Shown in pieces: positions 27,178 through 40,207 of a DNA stretch of 64,000 bases. The DNA lies in assembly GCF_020745735.1 (NCBI RefSeq), contig NC_083447.1, positions 21,718,755 through 21,782,754 of the forward strand. Reading direction: 5' to 3'. The translations under genes were made by a program, and so were the position numbers. The notes under the pieces were generated by a model that saw only the letters and a list, made by a program, of their open reading frames with translations, was not told where the DNA came from and did no database searches. The DNA comes from Hemiscyllium ocellatum (Eukaryota). Each line of letters opens with the position of its first letter. The first letter of the stretch is position 1.

Positions 27178-27635
27178 AACTCCCTCGGCGCAGTTGTACA
27201 CGCTTTAGTAACTCAGCCCAAGCTGAAAGTCTGCAGGTAGAACTCAGAGTCATTCGGTCTGTCGGTGGTAAAACCGCCCACCGGCTGGTTCGGAATCACA
27301 GACTGTGCAGTAAGGGAGTGAAACATCTGCTACGACTCTTTGCCCGGATGTTATCTGTATCAGTAAATGTAAGGATGGCTTGTGCCTATAACAGTGAACT
27401 TCAATTTTCCTCTGTGTCCTGGATTGCTGCAGACAGCTGCGGGAGTCTATCGGATATACTGCGAGTCGGCGCCTGGGATTAAGAAAACCAGTAAATTGGA
27501 GCATCCAGGTCAACGTCGACAAATCGAAAGGGAAGTGGGAGTATGAAAGAAAGACAAAAATCAAGGTAGAAAGTAAACAACAGAAAATATGTGTAAAGCT
27601 TCTTGCAGCGAAAAATGACCATAATGCGCAAGTGT
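27178..27635 (-). pseudogene. TRBV: TCR V pseudogene C2; V exon 27472-27178
   Basis: Multiple in-frame stops (including TGA at the conserved Trp), FR3 frameshift, leader ATG lost. RSS CACAGCG/23/ACAAACACC at 27177-27139. Confidence 0.85.
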
Positions 27636-29634
27636 CTGCAATTTCTTCTTAATTAAGCGATGAGTCGAGAACAAGCGTTTGGGATATTGCAGTGATATGC
27701 CGGCTTTCTGAGGATTCATCTTGACAATCAGAAAAAAAAATCAATTTGAAACTAATAGACATAGCAGCAAGAGAGAACAATACTGCCAATGCATCGATGG
27801 TGCGTACCAAGCCCTCTAACTCGTTCGATCCAATCAGAATTAACGTGCTTATTTCTTTGCAATTCCTTCTCAATCGGAGTTAATGAAAATGCAAGCAATC
27901 ACGTCTGGATTCCCGATTAACCACGAGTGCATTGACAATATGAGGACTGAAGGTGCTGGAGATCTGAGTCAAGACTGTTGTGCTGGAAAAGCACAGCAGG
28001 TCAGGCAGCTTCCGAGAAGGAGGAGAATCAACATTTTGGGCATGAGCCCTTTATCAGGAATTGTGCGTGAGGTACCACAAGTAGACATACAATGACTACT
28101 TCTGAACCAGAATATCAGTTTGGATGAACTCATAGGGTTGCTGTATTTCCGGTTTTAAATTTCAACAATACACTTTTTTTCCTGATGTCACCTCATCTAA
28201 AGCTTGGAATATTTCAACATTTTCATTGCCAGGAATTTATCTGAGACAATTGCATAACACCTTTCAGCTTCTGGGTAAAGAATTAAAAATCCAATTCTTT
28301 CTCATGGATCTTAGTATTGTAGCCATTGGAGAGATCAATACTGCCAATGCCTTGTTGTGACTGAGGTGAAGGAAGACAGAGGTACTTGCAGGCAGGAAAA
28401 ATAGACTTAAATGGACTGTAGCAATGGATATTTGCATGTTTAGGGTCAATATAATATATTGTAGTTTACTAATAGACAAAGCAAAGTGTGAAAAATAAAG
28501 CTACCTTTGTGTATAGATGGTTCATTTTTTATGGGGTGATCTGTGGTGATCGTATGGCTTTAACAAGTGCATTTTGTCTTGGTTTTTATGAAGAAGGCTG
28601 AGACAGAAGTGATGACCAGTCTGCTCGTAGTCAATGTAGTATACTACTATTGGGGCCTTTTGTTTAAAGTTGGCTCAATAGAAGCAATCGAGGTGGGCAG
28701 GATCAAGCTCCCACAGAACCACGATTTTTAGATTTAACTTATGGCATTTGCGGGGGTATTAACTGTAGAAGCACTTATACCTCTCTACTGCAACTAAAAG
28801 CCTGAGTTCTGTTCCTGCTTCTAGAATTACATATCAGGCAATGTATTTTACTGAATTTGCCTTTGCCAAGGGAGGGTAGAATTGTTTTTGCTATTTTGGA
28901 ACTGTTCATTAGGAACAGTTAATATACGTTGATTTGTTAAGCGTTCCGATGAAGTTACATTTAAGCCAATTCTTTTTTTTTACTTTAACTGTAAAAATAT
29001 TGTGAGTTTTGTTTAAAATTGAGTCGTTTGACCAATCAAATTGCATGAGGAAAGCAACGTCTTATCTTTAAAATAAGGAAAAGTTATTGTCTAGACTAGC
29101 TTCTGAATATATTTTGAGGGGTTTTGATCTGGTCCAGAACCGGGGATCTAATAGAAATCTACAAAATACCAACAGGATTTGGGTCGGCTAAACGCAGGAA
29201 GTACGTTTCCGATGACCAGGGAGTCCAGAACCAGGGTTCGCAGTTAATGATTTAGAGGAGGCCTGTTACGAATGAGAACGAAGGGAATTTTATTCAACCA
29301 GAACATAGCGAACCTATGGAATTTTTGTGAAACAGATACATTCTGTGACCAAACATAAATGCATGGTTTCGGGAAGGAGTTAGATACAGCATAATTTTCG
29401 CCAACATCGTTCAGTTCTTTTCCAAAGTGAAAATCCCTCCGCTCTGGTATCATTGCTGTGCCTTTTTAAAATCTCCGGCTGCACATTTGTCTTGTCGCTC
29501 TAAATGGGGAGGGCTGAGAGCTGGGGCTGAGGGCTGTCCTCAACAGGACGAAAGTATCAGCGGTGTTGTTGACAGCTGCTTCCTGCTGTATTTGGGGTTT
29601 TTGTTGAGGTACTCCATCTATCTTAGTCACTGTG

Positions 29635-30224
29635 AATACTCCAGGCTCAGTAATATACACCCGAATGATGCGCCTGCAGGTTGCGAGACTCCAGGTTAAA
29701 GTCAGAGCCACTCGGCCGTGTGGCGGTGAAACCGTCCGCCGCTCCTTCTTCATTCACATTTCCTGCAGCTGCAGAATAAAACATCAACTGCAGCTCCTTT
29801 CCCGGGTATTGTCTGTACCAGTACATGTAACCGCTACTCTCACCCTTCACCGTGCACCTCAAGTCCACTGCCTTGCCGAGGGACGTGGAGATGCTGCTGG
29901 GAGTCTGAACGACTCTCGCTGTCTTCAGGTCTAAGAAAGGGAAAACGTCAGTAAACAGAGCAATTGTTACCGAGAAGGAGAAAGGAAAGGAGTAAAGCGT
30001 AAATGAGGGTAGTTCCCTCAAATTATTAGGAGAAAGTGAGGACTGCAGATGCTGGAGATCAGAGCTGAAAATGCGTTGCTGGAAAAGCGCAGCAGGTCAG
30101 GCAGCATCCAAGGAGCAGGAGAGTCGACGTTTCGGGCATGAGCAACACATTTTCAGCCCTCAAATTATTAGATGAACAATCACTTACATTGCAATAACGT
30201 CATGAGGCTCAGTGAGAGATACAT
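29635..30224 (-). pseudogene. TRBV: TCR V pseudogene B2 (second Cys to TGA); leader 30224-30188, V exon 29930-29635
   Basis: Open through ...NLQAHHSGVYY, then TGA GCC TGG AGT. Intron carries a 127-bp insertion. RSS CACAGTG/23/ACAAAAACC at 29634-29596. Confidence 0.9.
30030..30156 (-). mobile_element. Short PLE-terminus derivative in the B2 intron, 15-bp TSD
   Basis: TSD CCCTCAAATTATTAG at 30015-30029 and 30157-30171; single copy in the B3 and B4 introns. Confidence 0.9.
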
Positions 30225-30616
30225 TTTTTTTACGTTCATCTTTTCCTGTATGAACGCGAACAGAATCCAATATTGTCTGGGTCTGGAACCAGCTGCTTTC
30301 AAATCAATGAGAGAAACGTGACGGATTCAGGAAATGACTTAGGTGTGCACACGCCCCTCCAACTCAGATGGAAAACCCCGTCTCTCCCTCTCTCTTTCAG
30401 TGAAACAGTAGTGAATAGGAGGTTTCCAAAGGGAAGAGTTAGTGGACAAAACACTGGCAGATACAACTCAAGGTGGGGTTCTGTTGATTTGTGGGATTCG
30501 TAAACACAGTTGCCTGATATTGGCAGTCGACAATTTGTAGCAATAGCTGATATTTTGTTGAATTTGCGAAGAATTAGCAGTTTCATTTGATTATGAAAGT
30601 ATCCGATAGTGGCATA

Positions 30617-31078
30617 TAGAGTCATAGAGATGTACTGCATGGAAACAGACCCTTCAGTCCAACCCGTTCATGCCGACCAGATATCCCAACCAATTCTAGT
30701 CCCACCTGCCAGCACCCGGCCATTATCCTTTCAAACCCTTCCTATTCATATTCCCATCCAAATGCCTCTTAAATGTTGCAATTGTACCAGCGTCCACCAC
30801 ATATGAACCCTTTCAAGATTCACAACATCTTTCCGATAGTAAGGAGACCAGAATTGCACGCAATATTCCAACAGTGGCCGAACCGATGTGCTGTACAACC
30901 ACAACATGACCTCCCAATTCCTGTACTCAATACTCTGACCAATAAAGGAAAACATACCAAAGGTCTTCTTCACTATCCTATCTACCTGCGAATGTACCTG
31001 CACTCCAAGGTGTCTTTGTTCAGCAACACTCCCTAGGACCTTACCATTAAGTGTACAGGTCCTGCTAAGATTTGCTTT
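30617..31078 (-). mobile_element. CR1 LINE 3' fragment with internal deletion
   Basis: QRHLGVQVH...RPLLEYCVQFWSPYYRKD; 3' UTR as at 18500-18578. Confidence 0.85.
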
Positions 31079-32872
31079 ATGAGAATAGTTCGCCAATTCA
31101 GAAACCCTTCTGTAGAAGGGAGGAGAGTGAGCGGCGGTTTTGGATCATACCTGAAGCTTTGGTGATACTCTTTGCTAATAAAAGACTTGTTTGACTCTCG
31201 AGTTGATTGCATACGAGGCACGCTATTTTACTGAATTTACGTTTGCCTCAGGAATGTAGAGGGGATGTTACGATAATGTAACAGTTCATTCGTAATTAGT
31301 GGATAATTCCTGGTCTTCTCCCAACTATATAGTCTAATTTGAGGTGATTTCTTCACTCAGCGAACGTGTGGAATTCTCCATTATAGAAGGCTGTGGAGGC
31401 CTAGTCACTGAACATATTCAAGAAACAGATAGCATATTTTTAATTCCAAAGACGTCAGGGTTGTGGGGGATAAAGCAGGGGTTTGGTATTGAAACAGAGG
31501 ATCATCAGTGATCATATTGAATAGCAGATTCGGCTCGAAGATATGAACTGGTTGCCAGCGATGATCCCAGCGATGATCTTTCGATGTTCAACGGTTAAAG
31601 TCGAAACAAGTTGCTTAAGTCTCCCATGGCGCCGAAAGTTGAGAGATTAATGGATTTATAGAATTTAAGGAGGATTTATTCGCCTTCACGGGTTTTTTTT
31701 CCCTCAGTCAAGATGTCTGGCATTTACTCTCTCCCCAAAGCTCGGCCAATGCTGCTGGTCAGTTCAAGAAGGTAATTAATATATTTTAATCGGGTCACTG
31801 TGTACACGAATGGTTAGTAGATGTGAGTAGACTAAATTTACGCATTCTTCACTCTGGTCTATTTGATTGCCAGCGCAAGCTTGAGGGACAATTTGGTCTC
31901 TGTTCCTGTCCCAACCCCAGGTGCATTTCATGGTGCTAAAGTGCCCTCTGTTGCACCAATAGGAAAATAATGTAAATTCCTCCTGGTGTCTTTTCACTGA
32001 TATCTTCCGATTTCCATTAATTTGCCTTCCTTATTCTATCAATTGCTTCTTTTCAGTGCATTCTTCTGAAACCATTCCGTGTATCTCCGAATTCCACATT
32101 CTTACACTCTCGGAAAAAAAGTTTCTCCTGACGTCCCGTTCAGATTTACTCTTAGAGACTGTCATGACCCCGAGTTTAGAAGTTCCCCAGAGCCTAAACT
32201 ATTGATACAACTTTTCAACAGCTTCCTGCTTTTCAACACATACGAACCTATTCAAACTTTCTTGGCGTTTGAGAGTTTTCTCTTTATTCAATTTCATACT
32301 CACCCTCAACACTATCACACGACCAAGAATGATGTAGCGACTTTGAGGGGTTGCAGAAAGGAGAACGTTGCATGTCTTGAGAGGTATTGAAGCGTCAGAG
32401 GATGAAAGGCGATGTGATGGAAGTTTATAAAATTAAGAGGCATGAATAGAATGGACAGTTTTTCCCTCAGGGTAGAAATGTCATTTACTTGGAGTCATAA
32501 GTTTAAGGTAAAAAGGAGTAAGTTTAAAGGAAATGTGACAGGCAGGATTTTGTTGAAATAAAATCTCAGGCTGCTAAGTGCTGGAATGCGCTAGTACAGA
32601 AGGTGCTGGAGTCGGATGCAACAGCAACTTTTAAGAGTCATCTTGACGTATACATGAAGAGGCAGGGAATACAGCGAAGAAGTTTCCAGTTCAGAAAGGC
32701 GTCGTGTGTCGAGACAGAGCTGAAGGATTTGTTCCTGTGCTCCATGATTTGTGTTAACAATATCTCTTAACGACATTACTTTATATCCCCTCACTTGTTG
32801 CCCATGATTTTACAAAACCAGGAAAATATCGTTAGGTTTTGACGATAACAGTTGCTTCCTGCCACAGTTTGG

Positions 32873-32911
32873 GGTTTTTGTTGAGCTTCTCCCTCTTGCT
32901 GAGTCACTGTG
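32873..32911 (-). other. 23-RSS of D2
   Basis: CACAGTG, 23-nt spacer, ACAAAAACC. Confidence 0.95.
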
Positions 32912-33483
32912 AAGACTCCAGGCGCAGTAATACACGGCTGAGTGATTCACTTGAAGGTTGGAGGACTTCATGATGAACTTGGTGGTACTCGGTCTGTCAG
33001 CGGTGAAACCGTCCACCGGCTCCTGTGGAGTCACGTACTGTGCTGTACTGGAGTAAAACATCAGCTGTAGCTCTTTTCCCGGGGTCTGGCTGTACCAGTA
33101 CAAGTAGAGAATACTACCGCTGCTGCCCTCCACATTGCACTCCAGTTTCACCCCCTCTCCGGGAAATTTGGAGACAGCGGTGGGGTTCTGGTGGATAGTC
33201 TGTGATTTCACATCTGAGGAAAAGACGGGGAGAGGAAGAGGTCAGTAATTGGGGACAGTGTAGTGGAGAAAGTAAAAAGAAAGGTAAGGAATGTAGAAAA
33301 AAGAAGTGTATACAGACAAATAGAATGAGAGCAGGCGTGCAGGATAGTCGGTTGAAAGATATTTTCTGGGCCATATCAATATGAAAAAGGGGAAGGTTTT
33401 GAGAGTTCTAAAATACATTATGATTGTAAATTAAACAGCCCCTTACGGTGAAACACGATGAAGAGAGTCAGCAACACACACAT
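32912..33483 (-). CDS. TRBV: TCR V segment D2, apparently functional; leader 33483-33447, V exon 33213-32912
   Basis: Leader MCVLLTLFIVFH with GTAAGG donor. VKSQTIHQNPTAVSKFPGEGVKLEC...LYWYSQTPGKELQLMFY...AVYYCAWS is open. From memory it resembles mammalian TRBV30 (SQTIHQWP...LQLLFYS...CAWS). Confidence 0.9.
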
Positions 33484-33849
33484 CTTCCACTTCAAGGTAA
33501 CCTTTTGTTTAGCAGTATTTATCGTTCGTGAGACAACATTGGAAATACAGTGCACCTCCCCCCCCCCCCCCCCACTCTGATTGAGAGCCGAGCCCTTCTC
33601 TCTTACGCACATTGATAACGCCTCCCCATGCCAGTCTCCGCCAAGCCCCTCCCAGCCTGATTGGATGATCCAGAGCTGCCAAAAGTACGAACTATTCAAC
33701 ATCCCTTGGGGATTGGCAGAGGAACAATATTTTGGAGGGGCCAAGGCTCTATTTCATGAAAACTATAACGAAAGTCCATATAGACAGAACTCAGCAAGAG
33801 GGAGGGTACAATCACCGTGCTGGGATTGGACTGTCAATAGCCAGCCGTT

Positions 33850-34860
33850 GACAGACGAACAGATATGTGGACAGAATATGGGGGAATAAATGAAAACAGG
33901 GCAGCTGTGGTGGGTGATTTTAACTTCTATGTTGACTGGGAATCGTTGAATGCCTGTGGCATGAATGGGGAAGATTTTTTAAAGTATATCCAGGACAGTT
34001 TTTTGAAACAATATATAAATAGTTCAACCAGGGGAGGGACATATTCGGTCTGGAATTGGAGAAGGAGCCAAGTCACGTGATTAAGATTTCAGTGGAGGAG
34101 CTTTTTTAAAACCGTAACCCTCATTCTATAAGTTTTAAGTGGATAAGGATATCAGTGGTACTCAGATGAATAAAAAATCTGCATGGAGTCTAATTATCAA
34201 AGTATTAGGCTGGAACAAATGACAGATGTTTGAAGATAAGTCTGGAAAGTGGGAATCTTTTAAAGAACGGTTGAATAGAGTTCAGGACCAGTTGGTTCTG
34301 ATTGATGATAAGATTCAGGAATCATGGACACAAAAGGAAGTGAGAGATGACTCAAAGAGCCCCCAAAGAATTCCAAAGTAGCAAGAAAGAACTTAAACAA
34401 GGAATTAGGATGGATAAAAGTGGCCATAAAATGTCTTTGGAAAACAGGATAAAGGAAAATCCTAAAACATTGCATACATAACGGGCAAGAGGAGGGCTAG
34501 GGTTAATGTAGGTCCCCTAATGGACAGAGGACAGAACTTGTGCATGGAGCGAGAAGAAGTGGATGAGGTTCTTACTGACTACTTTGCATTGGTATTCACA
34601 AAGGAGGAGGACATGGTGAATGGTCTGTCTCAGGAGGGGTATGTTGATTTTCTGGGCCAGATCAATATGAAAAAGGAGAAAGTTTTGAGAGTTCTAAAAC
34701 GCTCTCAGGATCTGATGGGTTCTATCTTTAAATGTTGATGGAGGCAGGTGAGGAAATTGCTGGGGCCTTGTATGAAATGCTTGTCTCCTCTTTAGTGTGG
34801 GAGTGATCCCAATGGACTGGGGAATAGCCAGTATATTGTCCCTTTATTTAAGAAGAGCCA
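33850..34860 (+). mobile_element. Old CR1 endonuclease/RT-linker relic (paralog about 48280-51200, interrupted by the PLE)
   Basis: AVVGDFNFYVDW, IQDSFLKQYI, VLTDYFALVFTKE motifs. Confidence 0.7.
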
Positions 34861-37800
34861 GAAGCATATAGCATGTTTGCTTTCATCAGTTATGACATAA
34901 ATTATAAAAACTGGCAAGTACTGTTGCTGCTGTAGAGAACTTCAGTTTGGTCATATTTCAAATTTTGTGCACAATTCCAGTCACCACAATTCTAGCAGGA
35001 TGTGGAGGCTTTTGTGAGGGTGCAGAAATGGTTTACTAGGATGTTGCCTAGTTTGAAGGTTATTAACAATGAGGAGATATTGGACAAACTTAATTTGTTT
35101 TCACTTGAACGTTGAAGGATGAGGTGCAACCTAATAGATGTTTATAAATTGAGAGATATGGATAGTTGGAGTCTTTTTTTCTATGGTAGAAATGCCAATT
35201 ACTAGGTAAGTGTTTTGAAAAAAAAATGAGAGAGATATGTCTTTCAGAAATAAGGTGGTAAATGCGTGTAATGCACTGCCAGAGGTGGTAGTTCAGGCGG
35301 ATACAATAGCCACATTTTAAGATGCACTTTGCCAGTTCCATGAATAGGCAGGGGATAGAGGTAATCAAGGTTAGAGTGGTGCTGGAAAAGCGCAGCAGAT
35401 CAAGCAGCATCTGAGGAGCAGGAAAATCAAAATAGATAAAGGCTGTTGATATGGGTGAGGAAACATTTTGGAAGGTAGAGTGTGATGTGGAAAAATGCAA
35501 AGGTTTTGGATTTTTTCAAGAGACTTCTCCAGAACACAATTTCATGAGGCAGCAGAGTTCATGCGCATAGATGTGTATTCAAGCAATTACTGGTATTGTG
35601 CAGGGAATGGCACTCGACAACTCCACATAGCACTGTGTCAAAGGTACTCCCGCTTCGTGCAAGCAGATTCTCAGTTTAACTATTTTCCTTGTCCCACTCT
35701 GAAATCGCTGTGCACATCTGCTCCCCTGTAAAATATTGTGAATGGCGCTGGGTTGTCAAAATGTGATTGGATCTCTTTTTTTTACATCATTCTATGCCAA
35801 CAATTTGCTTGCTGCTGTGTGTTTAACTACAAAGTAAGTAGATAGGGGACTTTTAAATTTCTCATTGCTGAGAATCCAAAGGAATATTGATTTTCAATCA
35901 GTTCCAACAAACTTATGTGGCTACATCCAATAGTATTTTTTTTAATCTAGCAAGTTGTATTTCAACGTGTTAATTCAATCCACATTCCAATGTCTGATCA
36001 TCTCTCTTTTCCCTGTAATGATTGAATTGCGGGGATGAGGCTGGGGGCGGTGTGGGGCGAGTTTCTACTGTCTGACAGTGGTTTGAATCTTTTTCTTTAA
36101 TGCTTTTAGTGACCTTTTTGTATTTACGTGGATGCATAATTACTTCTGAATTTTTATGTATGATTATCTAAAGGGTCTTAACGATAACTTACACTTTATA
36201 TTGTGTCAGATTGATGAAATCATTCAAGAGAAACAACAAATTAGTGTAAACTTTTCTTATTATATAAACCACTGCAGCTGCACATTCCATCCTAGCTAGT
36301 AGCCTTCATTACATGGACTTACTATTTTCCATGCGTGGAGACTACAGTAAAAAAAAATTTCTAAAGCTCCCTAATTACGGTCAGCCATGTTCTTCAGAGC
36401 TAGAGGGGCAGCATTCAATCATTTTGCGGGCGAATGTGCCGTGGCGAATCGTCATTTCGTGCTGCTCAGTTATGGGCAGCCTTAACAAATACAAAAGTAA
36501 CATAGAATTTACTGCAATAGATACTGCAATACAGAAGGTTTTGGGTCTCCTCATGCATGAGCACGATCAGAAATATACGTTTGTGTGGGGGAACAACAAG
36601 GAAATAAGCTCCAGGTATCCCAGTCAACCCCTAGAACACCACAACCAATAAAGAAGTTCCATCACCATCAAATTACGAAATTTCAAAGATTCCTTTGAAT
36701 GTAAACCAGGTGGAAATGCTGTTGCCAAATGTAGCAGATGTATATCCGTCTTTGAGACAGGGAGCACACCAGGGTTAAAAGTGAACAGAGTGAATTATTC
36801 GAGCAAAACTGGCATATGCTAATCCACAGCTTGTGACCATCATTTCACCCAATCCACCTTCATCAGGATTGGCACAGTACTCTTCAGGTATAGGAAGATG
36901 TAACACAGTAGCTTTCCAGATCACTCATTGAAACGGACAAACAATATGCAAGGATTGAAGTGAAAATTTTAGCGTGGGCATGCAATAAAAATCTAACGAT
37001 GTAATAAGGCTGCAGTTTGAGATGAAAACCGGCTATAAACCATTGGTCACTCCGCTGAACACAAAGTAGTGACAGCTAAGACACCACCCCAGAATTTAAG
37101 AGCTCAGATTGAGGCTGATAAGTTAAAGCTTAGCCATTGAATACGTGCAGGCGAAGTACTAGATACCATTCAGGATAACAGAGTGAAAACAGATTTCACT
37201 TTCACTTAGGAGGTTGAAGTCTAAATCTCAGAAGTCAGAAAAGATTTACCACGGACAGAAAGAAAATTAGATGTATCAGGAAGCTCAAAAATGTGATGTC
37301 GAACGTGTCTTAAATATCTGATGGAGCTGTTCAGAAAATCTAATCAATATTTCCCCCTTGTGCCAGGACTTGGAACAATATCGAACCTCACTCTCATCAA
37401 TGACTTTCTAGTATTCGAAGGGTAATTGGTGATACTAGGAGCAGCAATACCTGAGATTCTTCAGATAATTCACGTGGATCATTCAGTCATTACAAAGTGT
37501 CACTCAAGTGTGTTACTGTCAGTATGGTGGCCAGATTCAACTAAATAGTTGTTTTATTTTAATCGAGAAAGGGTAGGAAACAAACAGCAGCATTTTGGAG
37601 ACTTATTGCACTTAGATCCATGCAGACGAATAAAAGCAAAGGTCATATCGAATGTACGTCTGCACTTGCAAATTCCCACGAGGTTGTGGATTCAATGAAG
37701 GTTTCAGCCTTCAACCTGGTGATGTTTGCTTGCAACTCTTTGTGATACAATAAATATGAAAGTGACAGAAGAAAGAACTGAATTGGTCATGGTTACTAAA

Positions 37801-38567
37801 CATTCGGAAGGCATTGAATCTCTCCAAAGTGGAAATGGATCTTACTGTCCAACAAGTTCACACCGACTCCATGGCAGGTTACTCACCCAGACCCGAACCG
37901 AACGCTTTGGGCAATTTAGCATAGCCAATTCACCTAAGCTGTACATGTTGGGCTTGGGACGAAATCAAATACAAGGAGGAAACCCACGCAGGCATGGGGA
38001 TTGTGTTCGTACTCCACACAGAGTCGCCAAGCCTGGAAGCAAACGCGGGTTCCTGATGGTGCAAGGTAGCAATGCTAACCACTGAGCCACAGCGCCACCC
38101 ACACTGCCGCTGAAAATAGTTAAATAGCTTTCTGGCATTCGTGAATATTAACTTCAAGAACAGTTTAGTAGTTCCCACTTTTCCAGGATAAATCCAAGAA
38201 CAACAAATGATCTTTCTTCCTGCCACAGATCATAAGGGGTGAATATCTACTTCCTCCATCTGTCTTCTTATGGAACCATGGATGAGACACAAGTGTCTTT
38301 TCATTGACTTTGAGCGCCATCTGCTGACCCTGTGGATAAAGAAACATTCTGTTCTCCGAGACAACTGTCATCGACTTTTAGTTGCGGGCTCAACATTATT
38401 CACCCAATTCCAGTGCATTTATATCTATTTTTTAAATAAGTCTATTCTCATTGTAATCGGCGCGCCAACTTTGCAAAAGGCAAACAAAACTGTCTGATTT
38501 TGTGCTTTACAGTTGTTTGTCTTTGGGAGGTTTTTGTTGAGCTGCTCCTGCTCTCTGGGTCACTGTG

Positions 38568-39017
38568 GAGACTCCAGGCGGAGTAATACACGGCTGAATG
38601 ATTCGTTCGAAGGCGAGAGGACTTCAGGTTGAATACAGAAAGTGCCAGGAAGTGGTCGCTCAGCAGTGAAACCAACCACAAAGCCCAGTCTGGAATCGCA
38701 TACTGTGTGGGACTGGAGTAAAACAACAGCTGCAGTTCTTTCCCTGGGTACTGTCCATACCAGTACATGTAATCATTATTGGCTACCTCAACCATGCACT
38801 TCAGTTCCACACTGGCGCTAATAACTTTGGAAACAGATGGGGGAGTCTGGTGGACAGTCACTGAGTTCACGTCTGAGGAAGAGATGGAGAAAAAGAAAGT
38901 GAATGAAGTGTTTGAAGAACGTGAGATAAATTAAACAGATAACAACGTTAAGAAAGAAAATAATAAATGGTATCACTTACATCGAAATAAAATCATGAGA
39001 CACACTATTTGTTACAT
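38568..39017 (-). pseudogene. TRBV: TCR V pseudogene A3; leader 39017-38981, V exon 38872-38568
   Basis: Leader begins ATG TAA. V exon is open only through compensating +2/+7 indels. Second Cys is Ser (YYSAWS). RSS CACAGTG/23/ACAAAAACC at 38567-38529. Confidence 0.88.
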
Positions 39018-40017
39018 TTTTTACTTCAAGTTTTCTTGTCGCTGAAATATAGCCAAATGGAAAAAAATCCAATCACTTTAAAACGAAAGTTTTCAAATGA
39101 CTTCGAAAATGTAAAGGGACACGAAAGTGACGCAAGTTTTAACAATATACCTCTCCCACCCGGTCTGAAAATCCCACCCCTCTCTCTCCATGAAGGAGAG
39201 CAGATCAGAGCAAAGGAGGCAGATACAGTAGATGTAGGTTGACAAAGCAGGGGCAGATAGTTTAAAGTGGGCATAGAGTCATAGCCATAGAGAGGTGGAA
39301 ACAGATCCTTCGGTCTAACTCGTCCGTGCTGACCAGATATCTTGAACTAACCTAGTCCCACTTCCTGGCATTTTTGTCCCACACCTCTCAGGTTATCCAT
39401 GATCTGCCAAAGTATGAGAAGTCAGTGAACTACGAATTGTTAAAAAGCGGGTACCTCTAGAAATGTCAGTGAATTGCATTGTTTCCCATCGTAATGCATA
39501 TGGAACTTATGGATATTTTTAGAATATACCCTGAAATATAATCAAAGCCCAGCCTCTATTTCCAGAGAACAGGATTCAACATGGAGGAAGTTATTGTTGA
39601 AAACACTGAGCAGATCACCGATAAAATACATTTCAATTCTGGGCACATGCCTCAGGGAGAATGGATTAGGTTTAGAGGGAGTGCTTTGTGGATACAGGAG
39701 CATGATACGGGGCTTTAAGGATTCAATAATAAGGACAATTTGCAATAATCTGGTGGTAATAAGTACAGAAAATTGAGGGTGATCTGCCCTTGAAGCTTTT
39801 TTCACACTTTGACACGAATATTCTCTCTCACTCTCTCACTCTCTCTCTGACACACACAGACGCACAAACACATGCGTGTACATTTGAGTGTCGTACTTCA
39901 TTTCAGATTCTTTTCTATTAACAAAATAAAACTCAGCTCAACACAGACGGATTCAAAGTGGGACCTCACACTTAAAGTGCAGTGTCTAACCTGAGATAAC
40001 ACCTCTTGTACGTTTGG

Positions 40018-40207
40018 CAAAAGTGAGGTCTGCAGATGCTGAAAACCAGAGGTTAGATTAGAGTGGTGCTGGAAAAGCACAGTAGGTCAGGCAGCATCCG
40101 AGGAGCAGGAAAATCGTCCTTTCGGGCAAAAGCCCTTCCCGTCGATTTTCCTGCTCTTCGGATGCTGCCTGACCTGCTGTGCTTTTCCAGCATCACTCTA
40201 ATTTAAC
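40018..40207. mobile_element. Palindromic PLE-terminus derivative (paralog at about 25238-25395)
   Basis: GCTGGAAAAGCACAG...GCAGCATCCGAGGAGCAGGAAAATCG / CGATTTTCCTGCTCTTCGGATGCTGCC...GCTTTTCCAGC inverted arms. Absent in copies 1 and 4. Confidence 0.8.

Larger units (their letters stand above)
18581..34860. repeat. Tandem cassette copy 2 (A2-C2-B2-D2)
   Basis: Colinear with the other copies. Marker AAGATTCTT...TTTGTAGTCAG at about 18578 recurs at about 51184. Confidence 0.8.

Noticed and set aside
29647-29649. TGA exactly at the second Cys codon of B2 as selenocysteine recoding
   Set aside because: A single substitution from TGY explains it. A rearranged mRNA would need a SECIS in the C-region 3' UTR, and there is no evidence for one.
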